From Filomicrobium sp. (GTDB lineage Bacteria > Pseudomonadota > Alphaproteobacteria > Rhizobiales > Hyphomicrobiaceae): a DNA stretch of 64,000 nt. The notes below the pieces were generated by a model, which saw only the letters and a list, made by a program, of their open reading frames with translations, was not told the origin of the DNA and did no database searches. Location: NCBI GenBank assembly GCA_040219445.1, contig JAVJSM010000003.1:821020-885019 (forward strand). The letters are read 5' to 3'. Positions within the stretch are counted from its first letter, which is position 1, and each line of letters starts with the position of its first letter. The position numbers and the translations under genes were made by a program. Shown here piece after piece: positions 51,181 to 60,821 of this stretch.

Positions 51181-52065
51181 ATGACCAAGTTCAATCCTCA
51201 GCGTAATTCGACCGTTGTGGCGGAACTGAAGCTCTTGAACCCGTGGGTTGAGAACACCGACTATGGCGATGATGTCGTGCAACTTGCGCGGGCTCTGCTT
51301 GGCGACATCGGGCCCATTTCCGAAAAAGCACATTTCGAGCAGCGCTTGGCGACGATGGGTCGGTTTGCAGCCGGTCGGCAAACTTGGAATGCCTGGGCGC
51401 AGGACATGATGGATGTCCGCAGCCTCGCCGTTGCCGACCCTGCTTTGTCAGCCGTTTGCGACGCTCTGGCGATTGCGAATTTTTCCGGTGCTTGTTTTAC
51501 CGAAACGGTCGACTTTGCCGCCCTGCTGTTCCCTGGCAGAGCGGATTTTAGCGGAAGTGAATTCGAGGCTGACTGCTGGATGCAGGGTTCCACGTTCTAT
51601 GGACCAGCCGCCTTCCGACAAGTTTCGTTTATGGGAGACACGAACTTCGAGCGTTCCACTTTTTACGGGACCGCCGATTTCTCCAACTCGATGTTTTCGC
51701 GCCAGGGTCAGTTTCGGAAGTTCCAAGTTCTGGGGCAGGCGATTTTTGAGCATACCGATTTTGCCAGATGCGCTTGGTTCGCCGATGCCAAGATGCACGA
51801 AGCGTCCTTCGGCAAGGCGCGGTTTGCGGATGCCGCGGCGTTCACGGATTGCGAGTTCTCCGGCAAGGCGTCGTTTGAGCGCGCATGGTTTCAGAAATCG
51901 TGCGGGTTTGAAGGCGCGGTGTTTGGCCAAGATGTGAATTTTCGGGACGTCGATGTGGCGGGTGCGGCGTGGTTCTCAGGTGCGAAGTTTGCACAGGCTG
52001 CAATGTTTGAGGGCATGACGGTTGCTGGCGGCGGAGATTTCGCAGACATGTTTGAGCCGGCCTAA
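51181..52065 (+). CDS. Pentapeptide-repeat protein.
   Basis: Tandem A(D/N)LSG-type pentapeptides over about 200 aa (ANFSGACFTETVDFAALLFPGRADFSGSEFEAD...). Confidence 0.8.
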   Translation: MTKFNPQRNSTVVAELKLLNPWVENTDYGDDVVQLARALLGDIGPISEKAHFEQRLATMGRFAAGRQTWNAWAQDMMDVRSLAVADPALSAVCDALAIANFSGACFTETVDFAALLFPGRADFSGSEFEADCWMQGSTFYGPAAFRQVSFMGDTNFERSTFYGTADFSNSMFSRQGQFRKFQVLGQAIFEHTDFARCAWFADAKMHEASFGKARFADAAAFTDCEFSGKASFERAWFQKSCGFEGAVFGQDVNFRDVDVAGAAWFSGAKFAQAAMFEGMTVAGGGDFADMFEPA

Positions 52066-52110
52066 GGGCTCTGCGCATTGCCGATTTGATCAAAGTGAGG
52101 CGGATCAGTT

Positions 52111-53583
52111 TTGTTAAAAGAACCCGACATCAAGCCGCAAGTGACGCAGCAGGCGCCGTCGGCCGGCAAACGCATCTCTGTTTCTCTTGAGTCTTTCGAG
52201 CAGGTTCGTAGCTTGCTGTCGAAATTCAATGAAGATTACGAGATTACGTTCGTCGTCGCATTGCAGGACCAGTCGGGTATTCAGATTGCGTCAAGCGTCG
52301 ACAGCCGCCCGGCCGTGATCGACGGGAAAGCGGCACGGCGGAGCGGACAAAGCGGAAAAGTCCAACTCGTGTCGTGCGAAGATGAGCGCGACCCAGCACT
52401 CGAAGAGGCAATGCTGGCTTACTTTGACCAGCTGGAAGTTGCTGAGGCCGGCGGTGAGTTTGTTTTCAAATCAACACGGACGGAGTTCGATCACCGTACG
52501 GTTGGATTTCTGATTACGTCTTCACGCCAGGAACCCAGTGCAGAATCCGCCGCCAGCGAACCTCGGATGTTCGAGATCAAGCGGCTTTTTGATGCGCTGA
52601 TCTACGTCTCGCTTCAGTACTGCTTATCTCCGCGCCAATCGGATACCTTCTTTGGTTTAGCTCCAGACCTTCTTTCGCGTGCCGCAGCTCAGCTTTTCCT
52701 GCAAAAGCTATCGCAAGAAGCGACCGGCCGGATGAACTACGGGCTCTATGAGCTCTGCTGCGATTTGGCTGCAGCCCAGTACGAAGGCCGGGCGGGTGCT
52801 GGTTACATCGTGTTGGCAAAACGGGGTGCGGCCAACATTAAGCCAAGCATCGAATTCCGGCGTCCTGTGCATCTTTCGCACAAGACCGGTGCGCGCAAAT
52901 TGATCGAAATGGCCTCGCAGCAGTTCGCGTTGCTGTTTGATGGCGACTACTTCTATGGCTTTTGCGACTTCGACCAAATCCAGGATTGTCCGCATGTTCT
53001 GTTCAAGGGGCGTGGGATCTGGACGATGCAGCGTGGCGAGCAGTTGCTCGCGATGATCTCTTACGGCACTCCGGTTGAAGCCGAACGTATTCTGACCAAG
53101 CAGATCTTCCAGGCGCACATCAAAAAGTGTTTGCCGATGGTCGATGAGGAAGGGTTGGAGACGCTCTGGAACATTGCGATTATCGCAGCCCAACAGCCTG
53201 TGGGAACGAACATTCTCTTTACGCCAGCAGCTCCGAAAGAAGCGCAGCGGCTCTCGTCTCAATGTATCCCGATCCGGCCGGTGGCTCTGACACCGGAAGT
53301 TACAACGCAGCTCACGGCTATCGACGGGACTCTGATCGCAGATGTCGGCGGCAACGTGCATGCTGTTGGCGCGATCATGGATGGTGGTTCAACGTCGAGC
53401 GGCACATGGCAGCGGGGCGGGCGCTATAACTCGGCAGCGAATTACGTGACCAGCTCTCCACATCCGGCATTGATTTTCATTGTTTCCCAAGACGGGTACG
53501 TCGATATCGTGCCGCCAATGAATCCGAAGGGCGATAAATGGTCCATGAAGCGGTACCTAAAGTTGAACTCCACTGCCATCTGA
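52111..53583 (+). CDS. Hypothetical 490-aa protein whose C-terminal domain resembles a diadenylate-cyclase (DAC/DisA_N) fold with non-canonical motifs.
   Basis: C-terminal block IDGTLIADVGGNVHAVGAIMDGGSTSSGTWQRGGRYNSAANY parallels the DAC motif block DGA...(same 34-residue spacing)...GTRHRAA. The preceding VGTNILFT parallels the DAC GALIV motif. No TM segments. The N-terminal 350 aa are uncharacterised. Overlaps the next gene by 46 nt. Confidence 0.45.
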   Translation: MLKEPDIKPQVTQQAPSAGKRISVSLESFEQVRSLLSKFNEDYEITFVVALQDQSGIQIASSVDSRPAVIDGKAARRSGQSGKVQLVSCEDERDPALEEAMLAYFDQLEVAEAGGEFVFKSTRTEFDHRTVGFLITSSRQEPSAESAASEPRMFEIKRLFDALIYVSLQYCLSPRQSDTFFGLAPDLLSRAAAQLFLQKLSQEATGRMNYGLYELCCDLAAAQYEGRAGAGYIVLAKRGAANIKPSIEFRRPVHLSHKTGARKLIEMASQQFALLFDGDYFYGFCDFDQIQDCPHVLFKGRGIWTMQRGEQLLAMISYGTPVEAERILTKQIFQAHIKKCLPMVDEEGLETLWNIAIIAAQQPVGTNILFTPAAPKEAQRLSSQCIPIRPVALTPEVTTQLTAIDGTLIADVGGNVHAVGAIMDGGSTSSGTWQRGGRYNSAANYVTSSPHPALIFIVSQDGYVDIVPPMNPKGDKWSMKRYLKLNSTAI

Positions 53584-54545
53584 TCGGAGTTTTGACGCCG
53601 GCGCTCCTGTGGGATCTGCGTGCTGGTGGGGAAGAGATCCTGGTTGCGCCGGAGGCTGCCAAACCGGTTTCGTTTGGGGAAGGTCCTGACGGATTTGGGC
53701 AATGGCTCATGCGCGTTGAGCCCTATAAGACGGCTAGCTGGCGCACCTATCTGCCAATTCTTGGCTGGCATATCGAACAGCTCGTCGCGCAAGGTGTCGT
53801 CTATGCGGAGATGATGATTTCTCCGATGATGTTCTCGCGCGATTTTGGTGCACTTGCAGAGGAGTTCGCAGAATTCCGTACTTGGGTACGCGAGCGTGAA
53901 GCTGGGCGTATTCAGCTTGAGTTCTTGTTTCTCGTTCCGCGCAGTTTGCCCGACGAATTTATTGTCAAGGATACAGAGCGGTGCATCTTTCTGGCGAAAG
54001 AAGAAGGGATTGCCGGGATCTCAATTGCGGGCCTTGAAACCGACCAACCGGCGACCCGCTTTTCGCGGATGTGCCGGGAGCTGAAAGATCATGGTCTTGG
54101 CATCGAGATCCACGCCGGTGAGCTTGGCGGGCCGGATGAAGTCATAGAAGCAATTGACGTTTGTGGCGCAGACCGGATCGGTCACGGTATTGCGGCGTTT
54201 GAAGATCAGGATTTGGTCGAGCGCTTGCGCGATGAGCAAGTGCATCTGGAATTCTGCCCGACCAGCAACCTCAAGATGGGGGCTGCCGCATCCATTCCGC
54301 AACACCCTATCGGGCAAGCGCGAGACCTGGGGCTCAATTTTTCGATCAATACCGACGATCCGGGAGCGTTTGGTTGCACGATGGCCAGCGAGTTTGAGTT
54401 AGTGCGTGAGCACTTCGGTTTTTCTGATCGTGACTTTGAAGCCGTAGCCAGGAACTCTTTGGCCTCAAGTTTCGCAAAACAGATTCGTGTTAGTGGAATG
54501 AGTCTAGAGGTTGCGCGGCGCCCCACAACCGCCGACGTGAGCTAA
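53538..54545 (+). CDS. Adenosine/adenine-deaminase-family metal-dependent hydrolase.
   Basis: ADA-superfamily motifs: ELHCHL (HxH), IHAGE, DRIGHG, CPTSN, SINTDDPG. Its start lies inside the end of the upstream gene. Confidence 0.8.
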   Translation: MVHEAVPKVELHCHLIGVLTPALLWDLRAGGEEILVAPEAAKPVSFGEGPDGFGQWLMRVEPYKTASWRTYLPILGWHIEQLVAQGVVYAEMMISPMMFSRDFGALAEEFAEFRTWVREREAGRIQLEFLFLVPRSLPDEFIVKDTERCIFLAKEEGIAGISIAGLETDQPATRFSRMCRELKDHGLGIEIHAGELGGPDEVIEAIDVCGADRIGHGIAAFEDQDLVERLRDEQVHLEFCPTSNLKMGAAASIPQHPIGQARDLGLNFSINTDDPGAFGCTMASEFELVREHFGFSDRDFEAVARNSLASSFAKQIRVSGMSLEVARRPTTADVS

Positions 54546-54814
54546 GTCGCAGTATTAGCTGCTTTATTTGTTTGAGTTGGCAGGGCGACTGGTTGGTTAT
54601 TGCCCTGTTTTCATCCACATTGGGCGGGTTCGCTGGTTTGCTATGGATGCCGGTGGCCGTTAAGTTTCCTAGATTAGTTGAAGAGTGAGTCTCCGGCCTG
54701 GGCATGAGCTGGAAAGTCTCGATTTGCGTTTATTGATACTTGGGCAAAGCACAAGACCGTTTGTGGGGGTTCGATCTGGGATAGCGCTGGGTCGCACGGT
54801 CGATTGGGGGCATC

Positions 54815-56572
54815 ATGAGCAACGCATTTAGCGACGCTTTGGATAGCGGCTATCGCCTGTCTGACAAGACAGTGACTTATGCGTTCAGCGACGACTACTT
54901 TGCTTGGAACAGTTACGAGATGGCGCAGTTCCGAGCGGCTCTCGAACAGTGGTCGAACGTTGCGGACCTGCGGTTCGTGCAGACGGCCAATGAAGCCCAG
55001 GCCGACTTCTTGTTGCATAACGTCAATGACGCGGTGTTTGGCCAAGAAGGTATTCTCGGTGCCTTCTTTTTTCCCGGGAACGGACAGCAGGACGGATACT
55101 TCAATTGGCAGGGTGTTGGCTGGGATTACACCAACTCTACTGGTGGCCTGGAACAGGGTGGGTTTGGTTTCTCGACAATCCTGCATGAAGTTGGTCACGG
55201 GTTGGGTCTTGCGCATCCGCATGATGATGGCGGCACATCAACGGTGTTTACCGGCGTCACCAGCCCTTGGGTTACCGGGTACTTAAATTACAATCAGAGC
55301 TTCCACACGGTCATGAGCTACATCGACGGCCGTGTCGGCGATAATCTCAATCCCTATTCGACGCCAAACTACGGCTGGTCTGGCGGCCCTATGGCGTTTG
55401 ACATCTACACAATCCAGCAGATGTATGGAGCCAATCAGTCCTACAAGACCGGCAACGACACCTATCAGCTGATGGCTTCCAACGGGACGGGGACCTACTA
55501 CCAGGCGCTGTGGGATGCTGGCGGTATAGATACGATTGAGCATCGGGGCAGCGCTGCTTCGACCATCGATTTGCGGGCCGCCTCTGTGAACTTTGGCGAT
55601 CCTTACGCCGGTGGATACCTGTCGAGCGTAAATGGTGTCTACGGTGGCTATACCATTGCAAATGGTGTTGTGATCGAAAACGCCCGCGGAGGTTCAGGCA
55701 GAGATTTTATTTTTGGCAACTCTTCGAACAATGTTCTTATCGGCAACAACGGACATGACCGGCTGTTCGGTATGGATGGCCGCGATGTTTTGAAGGGGGG
55801 CGACGGCCACGACTTACTTGATGGTGGTCTGGGCAACGATGTTCTTCGCGGCGGTGATGGTAACGATACAATCAAGACCGGTGAAGGTGCGAATGCTGCC
55901 TATGGTGGTTTTGGCCATGATGTTCTGACCGGTGGGTCGTTGCGCGACACACTGGTTGGAGATCAACACAACGACCGCCTTATCGGTGGTGGCGGTTTTG
56001 ACAGACTGTTTGGAGGTTCGGGACGAGATGCCCTTCTTGGTGGGACTGGTAATGATAGGCTTGCTGGAGGGACGGAGAATGATGTCTTGAACGGTGGTTC
56101 AGGCAATGACTTGCTCTATGGCGAAGCGGGCAATGACAGACTGTTTGGGCTTGCCGGTGATGACATCCTTCATGGTGGCTCTGGTCGGGACTTGTTGCGT
56201 GGGGGAGATGGTCGAGACCGGCTGATTGGATCTACCGGCGACGATCTGCTCGATGGTGGTGCTGGTAACGACTTTCTAGCAGGGGGGGCTGGCCGCGATC
56301 GCTATTGGGGCGGTGAAGGCAATGATACCTATGCCTTTGCCAACGGTAGCGACACCGCAAGTTTTAGCGACAACTGGGGCGATGATGTTGTTCGTGGTTT
56401 TCGCTTGGGCGAGGACCGTCTCGATTTGCGAGACGTCACGGGGCTCAATCGGATCGGTCAGCTTACGATTGAAGCAGATGGCCGTGATACCTTAATTTCG
56501 TTTGGCGGAAATAGCATCCGCTTGCTCAAAGTGGATGCTCAGCAAATCGATGCTGACGATATTTTGCTTTGA
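54815..56572 (+). CDS. Serralysin-family (M10B) zinc metalloprotease with RTX calcium-binding repeats. Likely type I secretion substrate.
   Basis: HEVGHGLGLAHPHD zinc motif. Met-turn TVMSY. More than 15 GGxGxDxL nonapeptide repeats. No N-terminal signal peptide. Confidence 0.8.
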   Translation: MSNAFSDALDSGYRLSDKTVTYAFSDDYFAWNSYEMAQFRAALEQWSNVADLRFVQTANEAQADFLLHNVNDAVFGQEGILGAFFFPGNGQQDGYFNWQGVGWDYTNSTGGLEQGGFGFSTILHEVGHGLGLAHPHDDGGTSTVFTGVTSPWVTGYLNYNQSFHTVMSYIDGRVGDNLNPYSTPNYGWSGGPMAFDIYTIQQMYGANQSYKTGNDTYQLMASNGTGTYYQALWDAGGIDTIEHRGSAASTIDLRAASVNFGDPYAGGYLSSVNGVYGGYTIANGVVIENARGGSGRDFIFGNSSNNVLIGNNGHDRLFGMDGRDVLKGGDGHDLLDGGLGNDVLRGGDGNDTIKTGEGANAAYGGFGHDVLTGGSLRDTLVGDQHNDRLIGGGGFDRLFGGSGRDALLGGTGNDRLAGGTENDVLNGGSGNDLLYGEAGNDRLFGLAGDDILHGGSGRDLLRGGDGRDRLIGSTGDDLLDGGAGNDFLAGGAGRDRYWGGEGNDTYAFANGSDTASFSDNWGDDVVRGFRLGEDRLDLRDVTGLNRIGQLTIEADGRDTLISFGGNSIRLLKVDAQQIDADDILL

Positions 56573-56682
56573 TTTTTGCTTGGTACGGGCACTAGGTGGT
56601 CGCTTTCACGCATAAATGAAAAAAATACGGCGTGATCTTGGATCGAGGAGCGCACTGATTTTGGAGCAGCCAATTCTGCTGC

Positions 56683-57825
56683 TTATTCGTCGTTTTCCAA
56701 ATCATCCAACGGTTCAGAGCTAGTTGCCGTTGCGCTCGGAACGGGGTCGCGGCCGTCCAGAACGGTGTCATGTACGAACCGGATCTGGTCCAGGTCTTGG
56801 ATGATCGATTGGGAATTTGAAAGTACGCTTCGAATAAAGATGAATAGAAAGCGAATGAGTAGGAAACCGATCAGGAGGTAAATCAGACGCTCGGTTGTTG
56901 TCTCCATTGAAGAAAGCACCACAATGGCTGTTGCTAGGACCGCGCCAGAGACAACTGCGAACACAAGGTCTGGGCTCGATTGACCTTTCAGCATGGTTTG
57001 ACGCTTGTCCGATACCTTGCCAGTTAGGCGAAGATAATCCTGGGTCAATGCTGTAAGCTGCTCTTTAGTGATAGGGGTTGCCGGCTGTTTTCGTTTGGCC
57101 CTTTTCGGTAGCATTTGCTTGAAGACTTCGCTGCGCTCCTTTTCAAGATTGGAAATTGTTTTGCTTGCAACGTGCGCGCGGCGGCCGGCCACAAGATAGA
57201 CGGCTTGCAGCGGTAGCAGGGCAGCCAGTGCGAAGATGATCAACATCGGTAATACTAGGCTTAGCAAGGCAAGGATCAAGCCGCACATGGCTGTGTATGA
57301 AATTGCTTCGGCTAAGTTGACGCTTGCCCGGGCGTAGGCACCGATGCTGCGCATTGCGCTCGCGCGGGTGTCGCGTTCGGCGATAAATTCTGTCACGCGT
57401 GGTTGCTCGAAGAAGGAGCTTAACAACGCATGTTCGCCATTGATCCTCATTTTGTATTTGAGAAGCTTTTGGAAATAGCCTGCCAGTCCCGCACTCACGT
57501 AGAGCAGGACGATCAATCCGCCGCCAATCCAAGCGACGTCGGGTTTTGTTAGGCTGCTGCCGTCAAAGCCAAGCGCGTTGGCGATACCCTTTGCTTGTTC
57601 CCACTGAAAAAAAACTACGGCAGCAATTTTGATCGTTCCAGCCAGCGCTGCAAGGTTCAAGCCTCGGGCAATCAGGCCAAGTAGGACAACTAACGTGAAA
57701 TCGAATGTGAGTTTGTGACACACATAGTGGACGAACCGCCTCAGTGTGCTCAACGCCTTCTTTATCGAATTCGGATTGAGTGCCGAGAGGTGGTCCCACA
57801 AGCCGGTGGTCGTTGAGTTGCCCAT
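56683..57825 (-). CDS. Polytopic membrane protein resembling an ABC-exporter transmembrane domain without an ATPase (SbmA/BacA-like possibility).
   Basis: 380 aa with about 6 TM helices and an acidic C-terminal tail. No nucleotide-binding motifs. Confidence 0.45.
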   Translation of the reverse strand: MGNSTTTGLWDHLSALNPNSIKKALSTLRRFVHYVCHKLTFDFTLVVLLGLIARGLNLAALAGTIKIAAVVFFQWEQAKGIANALGFDGSSLTKPDVAWIGGGLIVLLYVSAGLAGYFQKLLKYKMRINGEHALLSSFFEQPRVTEFIAERDTRASAMRSIGAYARASVNLAEAISYTAMCGLILALLSLVLPMLIIFALAALLPLQAVYLVAGRRAHVASKTISNLEKERSEVFKQMLPKRAKRKQPATPITKEQLTALTQDYLRLTGKVSDKRQTMLKGQSSPDLVFAVVSGAVLATAIVVLSSMETTTERLIYLLIGFLLIRFLFIFIRSVLSNSQSIIQDLDQIRFVHDTVLDGRDPVPSATATSSEPLDDLENDE

Positions 57826-57996
57826 ATGGCAAGGCTCCCTGTGGCTCCGTTAACTTATTCGCGCTGCCGAACGAAGCCTCCGGCAATTTTGAAAGGACCT
57901 TTGTTTTGCTTGGTCTTTTGGGCAGGTCTTTGTTCATTACTCTCGCGACCAGCCCGCAGGATTGCAACCGGATCGCGAGAAATTGGTCAATGGCAT

Positions 57997-59919
57997 CTAG
58001 ACTTCGTCGATGATACCGGCGGCTGTTAGGTGTTCAATTAGTTCATCAACCAGGGTTTCGGGGGATTTTGATCCACCGTGGAGGACGTATTCCGGCTCTG
58101 TTGGTGGTTCGTAGGGTGAAGAGATCCCGGTGAAGTTCTTGATTTCGCCCGCACGTGCTTTGGCATAAAGGCCTTTAGGGTCGCGGGTTTCGCAAACCTC
58201 GATTGGCGTGTCGACGTAGAGCTCCAGGAACTCGCCCGTATCAAACCGCTCACGAGCAAAACGACGTTCAGCCCGGAATGGTGAGATGAAGGAGACGACG
58301 GTGATGAGGCCCGCGTCAACCATCAGGCGCGCGACTTCGGTGACACGGCGGATGTTCTCAACGCGGTCGGCGTCGGTGAAGCCGAGGTCGCGGTTGAGGC
58401 CGTGGCGGACGTTATCGCCATCGAGCAGATAGGTGTGGCGGCCCTGCGAATAGAGGCGCTTTTCGAGCAGGTTTGCGATTGTCGATTTGCCCGAGCCGGA
58501 CAATCCGGTGAACCAAAGGCAGCACGCCTTCTGGTGTTTAATCGATGCACGCGCCGTTTTTTGGATGTCGACAGCTTGCCAATGGACGTTGTGTGCCCGG
58601 CGCAATGAGAACCGGATCATGCCAGCGCCGACTGTTTCGTTGGTCAGTCGGTCAATGAGAATGAAGCCGCCATTCTCGCGATTATCCTCGTAGCGGTCGA
58701 AGACGATTGGTTTGGAGACTGACAGATTACACAAGCCAATATCGTTAAGCTCCATCTGGCGGCTTGCGATGTGCTCCAGGGTTTCGACATTGAGTTTGTG
58801 TTTGAGCTCGCTGATCTGACAAACGGCCGATTGTTGGCCGATGCGTAAGAGGTACGGGCGGCCTTTGAGAAGTGGGCGTTCGCTCATCCAGACAATGTCG
58901 GCGGCGAACTGATCGGCGACTTCGGCACGGTCGTTGGCTGCGCAGATAACATCCCCGCGGGAGATGTCGATTTCATCTGCGAGTGTCAGCATAACCGCAT
59001 CGCCAGCGTTCGCTTCAGGCAGGTCACCGTCGGCAGTAACGATGCGTTGCAGCGTGCTGGTGCGGGCGCTTGGCAAGGCGACGACGCTGTCTCCTGGCTT
59101 AACGGAGCCTGAGACGAGTGTTCCGGCATAGCCGCGGAAATCAAGATCTGGGCGACAGACCCATTGCACCGGCATGCGAAGAGGCCCGCCCGCCGAAGCT
59201 GTGCTGACGTCAACGGTTTCCAGTTTTTCCAACAGGGTCGGGCCGCTGTACCACAGTGTCTTTTCGCTGCGGCTGGAAATGTTATCGCCGGTCAGTGCGG
59301 AGAGCGGGATCGTTGTGATGTGTGGAATGCCGAGGGCTCCGGCAAACTCCATGTATTCCTTTTCGATCTCAGCAAAGCGGATGGCGTCGAAGTCGACCAA
59401 GTCCATTTTGTTGACAGCGACAACAACGTGTTTGATGCCGAGGAGATGAGCGATACAGCTGTGGCGGCGGGTTTGCGTGATCACGCCTTTGCGGGCGTCG
59501 ACCAGGATGATGGCCAGATCGCAGCGTGAGGCACCTGTTGCCATGTTGCGCGTGTACTGTTCATGACCTGGTGTGTCGGCGACGATGAACTTGCGTTGCG
59601 GCGTTGAGAAGTAGCGATAAGCAACATCGATGGTGATGCCCTGTTCGCGTTCAGCCTGCAGTCCGTCGACCAAGAGCGCCAGGTCGAGTTCGCCGCCGGT
59701 GGTGCCGAAGTTGCGGCTTTCGGCTGACAAGCTCTCCAGGGTGTCTTCGTGGATGAGCTGGCAGTCAAAAAGCAGGCGCCCGATGAGAGTTGACTTTCCA
59801 TCATCAACGCTGCCGCAGGTGAGAAAGCGAAGGATCGGGAGTTCGCCGTCGGACCCGGGGTTGATTGTTGCGTCGGGGTTAGAGCCTGAGGCGGCTGGGC
59901 GCGCTGTTTCTGCGTCCAT
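57997..59919 (-). CDS. cysNC: Bifunctional sulfate adenylyltransferase subunit 1 / adenylylsulfate kinase (CysN-CysC fusion, NodQ-like).
   Basis: GTPase motifs (GSVDDGKSTLIGRL). C-terminal APS kinase P-loop (WFTGLSGSGKSTIA). Confidence 0.9.
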   Translation of the reverse strand: MDAETARPAASGSNPDATINPGSDGELPILRFLTCGSVDDGKSTLIGRLLFDCQLIHEDTLESLSAESRNFGTTGGELDLALLVDGLQAEREQGITIDVAYRYFSTPQRKFIVADTPGHEQYTRNMATGASRCDLAIILVDARKGVITQTRRHSCIAHLLGIKHVVVAVNKMDLVDFDAIRFAEIEKEYMEFAGALGIPHITTIPLSALTGDNISSRSEKTLWYSGPTLLEKLETVDVSTASAGGPLRMPVQWVCRPDLDFRGYAGTLVSGSVKPGDSVVALPSARTSTLQRIVTADGDLPEANAGDAVMLTLADEIDISRGDVICAANDRAEVADQFAADIVWMSERPLLKGRPYLLRIGQQSAVCQISELKHKLNVETLEHIASRQMELNDIGLCNLSVSKPIVFDRYEDNRENGGFILIDRLTNETVGAGMIRFSLRRAHNVHWQAVDIQKTARASIKHQKACCLWFTGLSGSGKSTIANLLEKRLYSQGRHTYLLDGDNVRHGLNRDLGFTDADRVENIRRVTEVARLMVDAGLITVVSFISPFRAERRFARERFDTGEFLELYVDTPIEVCETRDPKGLYAKARAGEIKNFTGISSPYEPPTEPEYVLHGGSKSPETLVDELIEHLTAAGIIDEV

Positions 59920-60821
59920 CAGAAGTACCCCTCTTCTTTTTTCTTTTCCATTGAGCCTGCCTGATCGCGATCGATCATACGGCCTTGGCGCTCGGAGGTC
60001 CGGGCGGCTTTAATCTCGTTGACGATGTCCGCGATTGTTGTTGCCGGAGACTCGATGGCCCCAGTGAGCGGATAGCAGCCGAGCGTACGGAAGCGGACCT
60101 GCCGCATTTGCGGGGTTTCGCCGTCGTTTAGCGGGAGGCGTTCATCATCGACCATCATGATCATGCCATCACGTTCGACGACCGGGCGTTCGGCTGAGAA
60201 GTACAATGGGACGATCGGGATTTCTTCGACAAGGATGTATTCCCAGATGTCGAGTTCGGTCCAGTTCGACAGTGGGAAGACGCGCATCGTTTCGCCTGGT
60301 GAGAGGCGACCGTTGTATGTTTGCCAGAGTTCCGGGCGTTGCTTTTTGGGGTCCCAGCGGTGATCCGCTGTTCGGTGTGAGAAAACACGTTCCTTCGCGC
60401 GGGATTTCTCTTCGTCGCGTCGTGCGCCACCGATGGCTGCATCGAACTTGTGCGCTTCCAAGGCCTGGCGCAGCGCTTGGGTCTTCATAATGTCAGTATG
60501 TAGTGCGCTACCGTGGGTGAAGGGGCCTATTCCTTCCGCGACACCTTCCTGGTTGATATGCACGATCATGTCGAGGCCGTGTTTTTTGGCGGTCTCATCG
60601 CGGAACGAAATCATCTCGCGGAACTTCCACGTCGTATCCACGTGAAGTAGCGGATAAGGCGGTTTGGCGGGATAGAACGCCTTTAGGGCGAGATGCAATA
60701 GGACTGAAGAGTCCTTGCCGATCGAATACATCAAGACCGGACGTTCAAACTGTCCGGCCACTTCGCGCAGGATATGGATGCTTTCGGCTTCCAAGTCCTT
60801 CAAATGCCTGCTTTTGTGCAC
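59919..60821 (-). CDS. cysD: Sulfate adenylyltransferase subunit 2 (NodP-like).
   Basis: PAPS-reductase-like fold ([15 protein letters not shown]). Stop overlaps the cysNC start. Confidence 0.9.
   Translation of the reverse strand: MHKSRHLKDLEAESIHILREVAGQFERPVLMYSIGKDSSVLLHLALKAFYPAKPPYPLLHVDTTWKFREMISFRDETAKKHGLDMIVHINQEGVAEGIGPFTHGSALHTDIMKTQALRQALEAHKFDAAIGGARRDEEKSRAKERVFSHRTADHRWDPKKQRPELWQTYNGRLSPGETMRVFPLSNWTELDIWEYILVEEIPIVPLYFSAERPVVERDGMIMMVDDERLPLNDGETPQMRQVRFRTLGCYPLTGAIESPATTIADIVNEIKAARTSERQGRMIDRDQAGSMEKKKEEGYF

Noticed and set aside
55700-56350. Repetitive DNA that could be mistaken for a CRISPR or tandem-repeat array.
   Set aside because: The periodicity is the 27-nt GGxGxDxLx nonapeptide RTX repeat inside the protease coding sequence. 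Repeat units are not identical at the DNA level, and there are no spacers or leader.
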